Assembly (NCBI GenBank): GCA_963696295.1
Contig: CAVOJR010000001.1
Span: forward strand, 2,428,467-2,492,466
DNA: 64,000 bases
Reading direction: 5' to 3'
Origin: an uncultured Chlamydiae bacterium
GTDB lineage: Bacteria; Chlamydiota; Chlamydiia; Chlamydiales; JAJFMB01
Part shown: positions 38,640 to 46,366 of the stretch, one piece after another
Numbering within the stretch: the stretch's first letter is position 1
Layout: the number at the start of each line of letters is the position of its first letter
Made by a program: the position numbers and the translations under genes
The notes under the pieces: generated by a model
What the model saw: only the letters and a program-made list of their open reading frames with translations
The model's database searches: none
Told to the model about the DNA's origin: nothing

Positions 38640-41252
38640 ATGAATCACATTCCAAAAGAGATACCTGAAGCTTACGATCTTTATAAACGTGTCCAAAATT
38701 CCTTAAATCAAAGCGACCGGAAGTGGCTGAATAAGCCGATTACTTCACGGGGTGGGCTTTGTGACCACTACGCCGTAAGGAAATGGCCAAATTCGGATAA
38801 GCTGCAGGTAAATGAGGAACAAGTCGTCAAGTATTTATTTGGAACCATCTCTTTAGAAGAGATGGGAATCACCCCATTCAACGCCCGGCAATTTCTACAA
38901 ATTACCAAAATTGTGGACTTGGCACTAAAGCCAATTGAGAAAACAAGGCAGTCGAGCTATCCCTTGCGGAAACATATTCTGCAACTGTGCTCTCCGGAGA
39001 TGACCTCTTGCCAAGCCTATACTCTAACCGTCGATCCGGAAAAAATGGGAGATATTGATTATTTGTGCCAGCCGGAAAATTGGGTTTCAGAGGAGGTGGG
39101 CCACCAGGCCAAGGCGATTGCGGCGCTCTTTACAGAAATGGTCGGATTGGCAAGGGAGAACCCGGCGCCGGTTTTTTATGCGATTCGCGGCAATACAGGC
39201 TCGGGTAAATCGACTTATTTGTATGAATTATTTCACACTCATTCCGGATTTTTAAGTCTGGACCCCTTGAAAGCCTTTTTAAAAAGAAATGTTAAGTTGA
39301 CCAATGTGCAGGTTTATGAAGAGGCGAACGCTCTGTTTGCCAATTATCTCAATGGAATTTTTAAGCAAAAAGCCCTGCGCTTTATTTTCGACTCCAGGCT
39401 TTTGGCCGTGGATTATATTCAAAAGCATGTGCTAAGTCCGGCAATCGAACGGGGGGAAGAGGTCAAATTCATCGATTTGGATGTGCCCCTGTTTACAAGC
39501 CTTGTGCGCTCTTTAAGCCGCGATCCCTATGGCAAGGAAGCCTGTGTGCCTTCAGACGCCATAGCAAGAGGTTTTCTTCAAATCCGCAAGGAGAGGGCAG
39601 CTCTTATTTCCTTAATGAAAAATAACCCGCAGGTGACGAGCTATAAACTCTATCAGGACACAACGCTGGTTGCGGAAAAGAAGGCGGATGGATTTTATAT
39701 CTACAACCAGGAAAAGTATGAGGAGTGCTTGCGTCTTCCTTCGGAAGAGGAAATTAAGGCATGCCTAGATACGGTAATTGACTCTCCCTCTCTCTCTAAA
39801 TGGGTGGGCAAATCCATTGGCGCAGCGCTTGATGCCCATGCTTTCCAATTCGTCGAAAAGGCCAGCCTGATACCTCCCGACAAAGTCCGGTTCGAGGTGC
39901 CTTGCATGGATATTCTGAAGATTAAATATGAGGATTTTTATAAAAAAAGGGCAATCAAATCTATCCAGGACGCTATCAGAAATCGAACAACTTGGAAAAT
40001 GTCGCCTGACGGATATACCATTTATCCGGATAATTTAGCCCATTACACTCCCTGGAATTATCCGACATATACTGTTCCGATCGTATTAAGGGATGAGGAG
40101 GACCTTCGAGTTATTTCAATATCCGTGAGAGTCAGATTTTTATCAAGTTCAGACAACCTTATAGCCTTGGCCAGCGAGCATGAAAACCCCATCCGGTTCT
40201 TGCTGGACCACTACGAATTTTGGTTTCATGCTTTTTATCCGCATGAGGTCTACTTTTTGGAAAATCATCTGACCTGCTATGGCGTTTTAGATACCTTTGA
40301 AATGATTTTGGAAAATGGAATTCACAAAGAGGCCGTTTTTGAGGTTTTAGGAAACGCGTGGCCTATGCCGAGAGCGAAGGAGCTCCTTATCAAGTATGCC
40401 GGATTGACACAACTCGCCCCTCATCTTGCCGATGAGAGTATTCAAGAGAGCTTTCATGAGATTGTGAGAAGTTTTCCTGACTATAAAAAGAGGCTTGAGG
40501 CTTTGAATTATCTGGAAAACGATCCGCTCAATGCCCTCGACACAGAGATCTGCGGCCAAATCCTCTCTTCAATTTCCCTTGAAGAGAGCCCTGATGATTT
40601 TGAAGGCGTTCTGTGGAATATGCCCGAGAACGGTTATGCTGCTCTTTCGGCCTTAGGAGGCAGGAAAATAACCGCTCAGGTGTGCGAACTTTTGCTAAAA
40701 TGCGATACCGATCAAAATATAGACGCCTTTAACTCCATTTTAAAATATATCGCCATCAAGACTCAAGATCAAGAGGAGTTTGATCAGGTCGTTGAGACCT
40801 TGATTGCGTTGGACAAACGGGGTTTTAAGATTTTTCATCCTCTAGATGTTCTTTTGGCCGAATTTAAATATTATAACCCTCAGCGATTTAGGGTGCCCGA
40901 GGGGATTAAAATTTCTGATAAAGTTCACAGAAGGGGGGATAAACCCAGCTCTGCGCTGCCATGTTACGGTTTGGTTGACCTTGATGAGGAAGAGGAACCA
41001 GAAGATACAGGGCAGAAAGGCTACAAGGACTATTTGGAAAATACGATCAGAAATTCCGGACTTCCTTTAAATAAACGGGTGGCAGCGTTGCGAAAAATCT
41101 CCATGGATCTTTTTGACAAGTATAGTCATCCCAAAAGCCGCGCGACTGCGAAGTCTGCCATCGAGGCGCTTCTTTCAGACCCCGCTACGCCGGAACAACT
41201 GTGCAAGGAAGCCTTGCGGATTCGAGGGTGGCACGAGGAATTCACTCATTGA
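38640..41252 (+). CDS. Large hypothetical protein (870 aa) with P-loop (zeta-toxin/AAA_33-like kinase) domain
   Basis: Walker A is YAIRGNTGSGKSTYLYELF. Downstream, RFIFDSRLLAVDYIQKHVLSPAIERGEEVKFIDLDVP resembles zeta-toxin or phosphotransferase folds. The C-terminal ~550 aa has no recognised domain. Confidence 0.5.
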   Translation: MNHIPKEIPEAYDLYKRVQNSLNQSDRKWLNKPITSRGGLCDHYAVRKWPNSDKLQVNEEQVVKYLFGTISLEEMGITPFNARQFLQITKIVDLALKPIEKTRQSSYPLRKHILQLCSPEMTSCQAYTLTVDPEKMGDIDYLCQPENWVSEEVGHQAKAIAALFTEMVGLARENPAPVFYAIRGNTGSGKSTYLYELFHTHSGFLSLDPLKAFLKRNVKLTNVQVYEEANALFANYLNGIFKQKALRFIFDSRLLAVDYIQKHVLSPAIERGEEVKFIDLDVPLFTSLVRSLSRDPYGKEACVPSDAIARGFLQIRKERAALISLMKNNPQVTSYKLYQDTTLVAEKKADGFYIYNQEKYEECLRLPSEEEIKACLDTVIDSPSLSKWVGKSIGAALDAHAFQFVEKASLIPPDKVRFEVPCMDILKIKYEDFYKKRAIKSIQDAIRNRTTWKMSPDGYTIYPDNLAHYTPWNYPTYTVPIVLRDEEDLRVISISVRVRFLSSSDNLIALASEHENPIRFLLDHYEFWFHAFYPHEVYFLENHLTCYGVLDTFEMILENGIHKEAVFEVLGNAWPMPRAKELLIKYAGLTQLAPHLADESIQESFHEIVRSFPDYKKRLEALNYLENDPLNALDTEICGQILSSISLEESPDDFEGVLWNMPENGYAALSALGGRKITAQVCELLLKCDTDQNIDAFNSILKYIAIKTQDQEEFDQVVETLIALDKRGFKIFHPLDVLLAEFKYYNPQRFRVPEGIKISDKVHRRGDKPSSALPCYGLVDLDEEEEPEDTGQKGYKDYLENTIRNSGLPLNKRVAALRKISMDLFDKYSHPKSRATAKSAIEALLSDPATPEQLCKEALRIRGWHEEFTH

Positions 41253-41285
41253 CACGATCAATGGAATTTGTGATAAAGTGATATC

Positions 41286-42026
41286 ATGATATTTCTTTTT
41301 CTTATATTTCTCTTTCCTCTTGGGGCGCGGGAGATCTGTTTTGAAGGGGGCTTAACCCTGCCCGTCACTTTGGAGCATGCGGTTACCGAAGAGCAGATCG
41401 CTTGGGGGTTGATGCAGAGGAGGGAGCTTCCCGAAAATAGCGGCATGACCTTTACTTACCCGCGGCCTCAAATTCTGCAATTTTGGATGTTTAACTGTTT
41501 TATCGATATCTCGGTCGCTTTTTTGGATGAGCGAAAAGTCATACGGGAGATTTTTGCGATGAAAGCCTATCCCTGGAAAATGGATCCCTTAAGACCCGTG
41601 CGAAAAGTGGCCGATTTTGATAAATATTCGATAAGCGATCCGGTGGCCCGTTTCTTTATCTCCCATGGCGTGGAAAGCTCCTTGCCCACCAGATACGCGC
41701 TTGAAATGAATGTCAACTGGTTTAAAGACCACCGGATCAAGCCGGGCGATGCCGTCTGGTGGGTGAATAGCTCGCCGAAAGGGTGCGTGATCCGCACCAT
41801 CGATATGAGCCCCTATCTTCCCTTGACAGAGCCTTTAGTGATCCGCTTTTCCGACGCCGCGTTCCGCTCCCTGAAGTTTCCCAAAGAGAGCCGGTTTTAC
41901 GAGGTGCAGTTTTGCGATGCCGTGCAGAAGGTTGTGGGCAAGGTGATGGCTTCCCATCACCAGCCCGTGCTTTGCTATCAGCCGGTCGCCTCCATCATTA
42001 TTACACCTATTGGGAAGCCAAAATAG
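41286..42026 (+). CDS. DUF192 (COG1430) family protein
   Basis: IAWGLMQRRELPENSGMTFTYPRPQILQFWMFNCFIDISVAFLDERKVI matches the GLM.R..L.E..GMLF......FWMKNT.IPLDI.F.D DUF192 core. Confidence 0.6.
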   Translation: MIFLFLIFLFPLGAREICFEGGLTLPVTLEHAVTEEQIAWGLMQRRELPENSGMTFTYPRPQILQFWMFNCFIDISVAFLDERKVIREIFAMKAYPWKMDPLRPVRKVADFDKYSISDPVARFFISHGVESSLPTRYALEMNVNWFKDHRIKPGDAVWWVNSSPKGCVIRTIDMSPYLPLTEPLVIRFSDAAFRSLKFPKESRFYEVQFCDAVQKVVGKVMASHHQPVLCYQPVASIIITPIGKPK

Positions 42027-43032
42027 TTGTCTGATATTTCCCAATGGCCCATAAAGTCTGAAGTTTTTCTTTGGCGGAAGCGAGGGCAACCGGGACAGGC
42101 ACCAGATGAGCCTCCAAAAGTTCCATTTGAATGCTTTTTTGCCCATGTAGAGCATTTCTTCTCTCCCCTCGATTTTTAGAAGAAATCCGCTGTTCCAGTT
42201 TTTCAATGGCTTTTTTTGTTTTGTTGATCTTATCGAGCGGCAATTTTGTCAGGAACCAATTTTCTGTGGTTTCTTTCCTTCCGTGATAAACTTCAATGTG
42301 CCGCTTATTATCCAAGGTAGTCAGCATAATGATGCCTGAGTGCCCTTCGCTGGAATTGCTGAAAAGCATAAAGGGGGAGGGTAAGTCTTCAGCTTGGAGG
42401 TCGGTCACTTTTTTTCCTGAGAGGTCCCGATAAGGGATTTGCGCAAACGCGTCGTAGCCGAACATATCGTAAAGCTCTTTGGGGAAGTGTTCCAGGTAAT
42501 CCGGAGGGACGGGGCTCGCCGGCGCGCTCGAGGTGTCGCTGAAAGCGAGATATCTTTGCAGCAGTTCCTCCTGGTCTAAAGAGTGCTCCGATGCTTCGCT
42601 TGTTGGAGTCGATGGGGAGGCCAGCCGCTGAAGAGATTCGGGATTGGAATAGGTGCGGTTTCTTGTCAAGAGCGAGGAAAAAATCTCCCCTTCCACCACG
42701 CCGCACTCCCGCGTCAATAATGCGGGGGATGAGCAGGGGGATGAGGGAGCGGTGCGGATGCGCCCTCTTAAGCATCCCTTGGGATTTAACTCCATAGCGG
42801 CAAGTAAGTCTTCCTCTGCCGAATGCCACACCAAAATAAACTTATTATCATCCACCATCTCGAATGAGTCTGAATCTGAGGAGTCCTCTTGCTGCTTGTA
42901 ATCTGTATCAATCGTGCTGTCATCAAGCCGGGTGGCCGCAACAAATTGATCCTCATACAAGGGGTCTTGACCGTTCTGATCCATCAAAACCCAATCTAAA
43001 GGCTCTTGGAAATCGGGTATACGTGAGCTCAT
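42007..43032 (-). CDS. Hypothetical Ser/Pro/acidic-rich protein (341 aa), possible secreted effector
   Basis: The ORF is intact. There is an acidic low-complexity N-terminus and an S/P-rich middle. No recognised motifs. Confidence 0.4.
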   Translation of the reverse strand: MSSRIPDFQEPLDWVLMDQNGQDPLYEDQFVAATRLDDSTIDTDYKQQEDSSDSDSFEMVDDNKFILVWHSAEEDLLAAMELNPKGCLRGRIRTAPSSPCSSPALLTRECGVVEGEIFSSLLTRNRTYSNPESLQRLASPSTPTSEASEHSLDQEELLQRYLAFSDTSSAPASPVPPDYLEHFPKELYDMFGYDAFAQIPYRDLSGKKVTDLQAEDLPSPFMLFSNSSEGHSGIIMLTTLDNKRHIEVYHGRKETTENWFLTKLPLDKINKTKKAIEKLEQRISSKNRGERRNALHGQKSIQMELLEAHLVPVPVALASAKEKLQTLWAIGKYQTTILASQ

Positions 43033-43044
43033 TTTTCATTTCCT

Positions 43045-43515
43045 TTATTGTGTAATTAAGAGAGGGGCAAGTATCGTGCGAAGCACGTCTTGCGTCGCTT
43101 TGAAAATCTCTTCCGGTGTCAATTGCTCAATCTCTTCCAGGGAAAACCAGCGTAAGCCGTCCGTCTCCGCGATATTTTGCTGTTCCCGGCCGCCGACGGG
43201 TCTTGCCAGATAGGCTAAATCCATGTGCTGATGTGCCGGCTGGTCGAGATGAGCCGGAATATTTTGCAGCATGAAGAGATAAGGGCGTTCCAAACTTTTG
43301 GCGTTCCATTCGTCAACCAGTACATTTTCCTGGGGGATGATTTCGACCTCTAAACCCGTTTCTTCGCGTGCCTCGCGCAAGGCTGCTTCTGGCGGGGTTT
43401 CATTGGGGTCGATATGGCCGCCTGGGGGCAGCCATCTTTGCAGTTTGCGGTGATAGATGAGCAGGACTTTCTCTTTTTCCAGGATGTAGACGGTGGCGGT
43501 AAATTGTCTTATCAT
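43045..43515 (-). CDS. NUDIX hydrolase
   Basis: Nudix box GGHIDPNETPPEAALREAREETGLEV (GX5EX7REUXEEXGU). 156 aa. Confidence 0.85.
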   Translation of the reverse strand: MIRQFTATVYILEKEKVLLIYHRKLQRWLPPGGHIDPNETPPEAALREAREETGLEVEIIPQENVLVDEWNAKSLERPYLFMLQNIPAHLDQPAHQHMDLAYLARPVGGREQQNIAETDGLRWFSLEEIEQLTPEEIFKATQDVLRTILAPLLITQ

Positions 43516-43630
43516 GCTCCCTCCTTTTGAAGGTTGTTTACTTTACTGAGAAAAGAGGCGTTTGTCAAGCAGTTATTGACAAATAACTTGATATATTATA
43601 TGACTTTATATCAAAAAAGTTGAGTTGTAA

Positions 43631-44305
43631 GTGAGTAGTTTATATTTAGATAAATGTTATTTAATGGATGGGCAAATTTTTTCAAACGATCTCTTCGATT
43701 CTTTCCAAAAAGAATTAAAGACGGCCGGCCAGATTCCTTTCCCAAACGGGGATCCCTTTTATCATCGCGTTTATATAAATATTTTTAAAGAGGCTCAAAA
43801 AGGGCTCGTTTATAGGGATGTCGAGTTTTCTAAGGGGGAACTGGTCAACTGGAGCCATATCGAGGACAACTTGATCGAGAACGACACGGTCAGGAAAGCC
43901 ATTGAAACTGTCTTACGCCGCTTTGGCCGGGAAAGAGGGTTGGATGGAAAGGAGAGTTTCGCGCTTAACGTCATCAAACACACTTTTGAGACGCCGATGA
44001 CGGTGGCGCGAGGGCCGTGGCATTCCGACTATCAGGCAAAGTGGTCGATGATCACGATGCTGTCCGATCCGGGCGACTGGGAAGGGGGAAGGCTTCAGTA
44101 TATCCCTAATATCAATCCCGCCAGGAATTCAGTGGCGGATGACCGGATTCAAAAAACTAATTATATAAAAAACCGCGCGATAATGTTTGATAACTTCGAT
44201 TCAGAGGCCTTTAAAGATAATTACCATTCTTTTGAGGCAATGAAAATTACGAAGCCGGTGGAGCGGATCATTTTGACGCTTTTTCAATATGATCAAACGG
44301 CATAA
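43631..44305 (+). CDS. Probable 2OG-Fe(II) oxygenase-superfamily protein (prolyl-hydroxylase-like)
   Basis: An H-x-D...H arrangement: GPWHSDYQAKWSMITMLSDPGDWEGGRLQY, then NYHSFEAMKITKPVERIILTLFQ (distal His and Arg/Lys). 224 aa. Confidence 0.4.
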   Translation: MSSLYLDKCYLMDGQIFSNDLFDSFQKELKTAGQIPFPNGDPFYHRVYINIFKEAQKGLVYRDVEFSKGELVNWSHIEDNLIENDTVRKAIETVLRRFGRERGLDGKESFALNVIKHTFETPMTVARGPWHSDYQAKWSMITMLSDPGDWEGGRLQYIPNINPARNSVADDRIQKTNYIKNRAIMFDNFDSEAFKDNYHSFEAMKITKPVERIILTLFQYDQTA

Positions 44306-44368
44306 AGCGCGCAAAACTAGCGCGCATAAGTATTGCAAAAGGAAAATTTCTTTGTTAGCATTGTACCT

Positions 44369-45220
44369 ATGAAAAAAATTTTGGCATGGACAGGTGGGAT
44401 TGCGGTGGTGTTTGTGGTGTTTGTCATTGCGGCGCTGTTTTTTCACTCTCAAGGCCCTTCAGAAAATGTTCCCGGCTACAAGTGCCCTTTTTGCGACAGA
44501 GCGCGCATGGAAAAGCAGTCGTACTACGAGGGGGAGCTTGTCAGGGTTATCCTCAACTACCGGCCTATAATTAAGGGGCACACGCTGATCATGCCCAAGC
44601 GGCACGTCGTGAAATTACAGGATTTGACCGAGGCGGAGTTTGCCGAGATCGGGCGGACAATCAAAAAAGTGCAGAAAGCCTTTCAGCAGGTCTATGGGGC
44701 CGCTGACTTCCTCCTGCTCGTCCAGGATGGAGAGAACGCCGGCCAGACTGTATTTCATGTTCATTTCCATATGTTGCCGAGGGCTGAACAGAGTCTGTTT
44801 ACGAAAATGGCTTTGTGGGGGCGGATGATGCTGCGCCCCTTTGATGGATGGAGTCCGATAGACTGGACAGGTGTGGAGCAGCAGCGTCTTTTGCTTCAGG
44901 AAGCTATTCAGAAGCCATTGATTCAGGAAGGTGTTCAGAAGCCATTTCAGGAAGGTGTTCAGAAGACATTGATTCAGGAAGGTATTCAGAAGACATTGAT
45001 TCAGGAAGGTGTTCAGAAGACATTGATTCAGGAAGGTATTCAGAAGACATTTCAGGAAGGTGTTCAGAAGACATTGATTCAGGAAGGTATGAATCCATTA
45101 GAGGAAGGTGTTCAGAAGCCATTGATTCAGGAAGGTGTTCAGAAGACATTGATTCAGGAAGGTATTCAGAAGACATTGATTCAGGAAGGTATTCAGAAGC
45201 CATTGATTCAGGAAGCATAA
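44369..45220 (+). CDS. HIT-family (histidine triad) protein with N-terminal TM helix and C-terminal decapeptide tandem repeats
   Basis: The HIT motif is TVFHVHFHMLPR, preceded by CPFCDR...YRPIIKGHTLIMPKRH. The C-terminus is ~12 copies of LIQEG[VI]QKT (30-nt DNA period) spanning 44890-45215. Confidence 0.7.
   Translation: MKKILAWTGGIAVVFVVFVIAALFFHSQGPSENVPGYKCPFCDRARMEKQSYYEGELVRVILNYRPIIKGHTLIMPKRHVVKLQDLTEAEFAEIGRTIKKVQKAFQQVYGAADFLLLVQDGENAGQTVFHVHFHMLPRAEQSLFTKMALWGRMMLRPFDGWSPIDWTGVEQQRLLLQEAIQKPLIQEGVQKPFQEGVQKTLIQEGIQKTLIQEGVQKTLIQEGIQKTFQEGVQKTLIQEGMNPLEEGVQKPLIQEGVQKTLIQEGIQKTLIQEGIQKPLIQEA
44890..45215 (+). repeat. In-frame 30-bp (occasionally 27-bp) tandem repeat array inside the HIT gene
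   Basis: cattgattcaggaaggt[g/a]ttcagaaga[c/a] repeats about 11-12 times. It generates spurious alternate-frame ORFs on both strands. Confidence 0.8.
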
Positions 45221-45247
45221 GCACTGAGTCTTGTATTGGGAGAAGGG

Positions 45248-45269
45248 GCGAGGGGGAAATCCCCCTCGC
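45248..45269 (+). other. Perfect 9-bp stem / 4-nt loop hairpin just after the HIT gene stop
   Basis: GCGAGGGGG-aaat-CCCCCTCGC. There is no adjacent T-tract, so it is not a canonical intrinsic terminator. Confidence 0.4.
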
Positions 45270-45287
45270 GCTCCCCCTCTCCCGCCT

Positions 45288-45700
45288 TCAGGCAACGACC
45301 CCGGGTTCGTGACAAGTAAGTCGTTGAGGGCGGGTTCATTGCCTTCAGTTGGGCTTTATTTCTCCAGAAAGAACTTTGGTTACTCTGTTGAAAGTGATGG
45401 CAACGACCCCGGGTTCGTGACAAGTAAGTCGTTGAGGGCGGGTTCATTGCCTTCAGTTGGGCTTTATTTCTCCAGAAAGAAGTTTGGTTACCCTGTTGAA
45501 AGTGATGGTAACGACCCCGGGTTCGTGACAAGTAAGTCGTTGAGGGCGGGTTCATTGCCTTCAGTTGGGCTTTATTTCTCCAGAAAGAACTTTGGTTACT
45601 CTGTTGACATTGATGGTAACGACCCCTAGTTCGTGACATGTAAGTCGTTAGTTGGGCTTTATTTCTCCAAAAAGAAGTTTGGTTACCACCATGGTAGACT
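45288..45700. repeat. Noncoding 117-bp tandem repeat, about 3.6 copies (last copy has an internal deletion)
   Basis: The unit gcaacgaccccgggttcgtgacaagtaagtcgttgagggcgggttcattgccttcagttgggctttatttctccagaaagaactttggttactctgttgaaagtgatg recurs at roughly 45288, 45405, 45522 and 45639. There are a few substitutions (aact/aagt, tact/accc). Confidence 0.85.
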
Positions 45701-45705
45701 GGTGT

Positions 45706-46308
45706 TTAGAGGTGATTAAGTGAAGACGCGCCGCCCTCCACTGCCATGTCAATCCCAGCTTTCACCAGCTTTTCTCCCCACACCTTAGACGAAGGCACCG
45801 GCAGGAAAAACACGATCGATCCGCAAAGCGCTATCGTCACACCAAGCGCCACTTGCGTCGGTATGAGAACCTGCGTATTGGTCTCGGATCCACCTTTATT
45901 GATGTTCAATGTGATGTCGGAACTGTCAGGTGCGGGCAAACGAGGTGCGGATACCGGTGCCATCTGCTGATGAATCAACTCTTTAAAGTTCGCCATTTCA
46001 TCCTCCGGGATCTCATGGCCCTCCTCTCTCAACTCCCGCTGTATCTCCTCAAGGGCATCGTCCATGGAGATCGGCTCCCCGGTCAGGCTTTCCACTTCAT
46101 ACTTAAATTGCAGCATGAGATGGATCATCTCACCGACATCGTCAAGCGATGTTAAGTTGTCCAGCAGGCTCTGCAGACGGATCGTCAACTGGGCTTCGTC
46201 ATAGAGATTCTCTGTCAGGCTGCTCTCAAAGTAAATTTCACGCGGTGCAGCTGTTGTTATGGAGAAAACCGCAAGCGTTGCTGAAAGGCAAAAAGTTTGA
46301 AAATTCAT
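45706..46308 (-). CDS. Hypothetical secreted/membrane protein (signal peptide plus C-terminal TM)
   Basis: N-terminal MNFQTFCLSATLAVFSITTAAP. C-terminal hydrophobic IPTQVALGVTIALCGSIVFFLPV. 200 aa. Confidence 0.45.
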   Translation of the reverse strand: MNFQTFCLSATLAVFSITTAAPREIYFESSLTENLYDEAQLTIRLQSLLDNLTSLDDVGEMIHLMLQFKYEVESLTGEPISMDDALEEIQRELREEGHEIPEDEMANFKELIHQQMAPVSAPRLPAPDSSDITLNINKGGSETNTQVLIPTQVALGVTIALCGSIVFFLPVPSSKVWGEKLVKAGIDMAVEGGASSLNHL

Positions 46309-46366
46309 GATGGACCTCCTTTCAATTGAAGGTCCTGACTATATCAAAAAATATTATTTGGAGAAA

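Noticed and set aside
18598-42030. Recurring 'aaaTAGTTG' at or after stop codons (18601, 19262, 20711, 42021)
   Set aside because: A 9-mer in AT-rich DNA that includes a stop codon. Four hits in 64 kb is not clearly above chance.
45208-45639. ORFs 45208-45639 (minus strand) and 45231-45629 (plus strand) and alternate-frame ORFs 44848-45312 / 44904-45224
   Set aside because: The open frames are created by the periodicity of the tandem repeats. The proteins would be repeats of arbitrary sequence. Not called as genes.
45288-45700. Possible CRISPR array
   Set aside because: The whole 117-bp units are near-identical and there are no unique spacers between short repeats. This is a satellite-type tandem repeat, not CRISPR.
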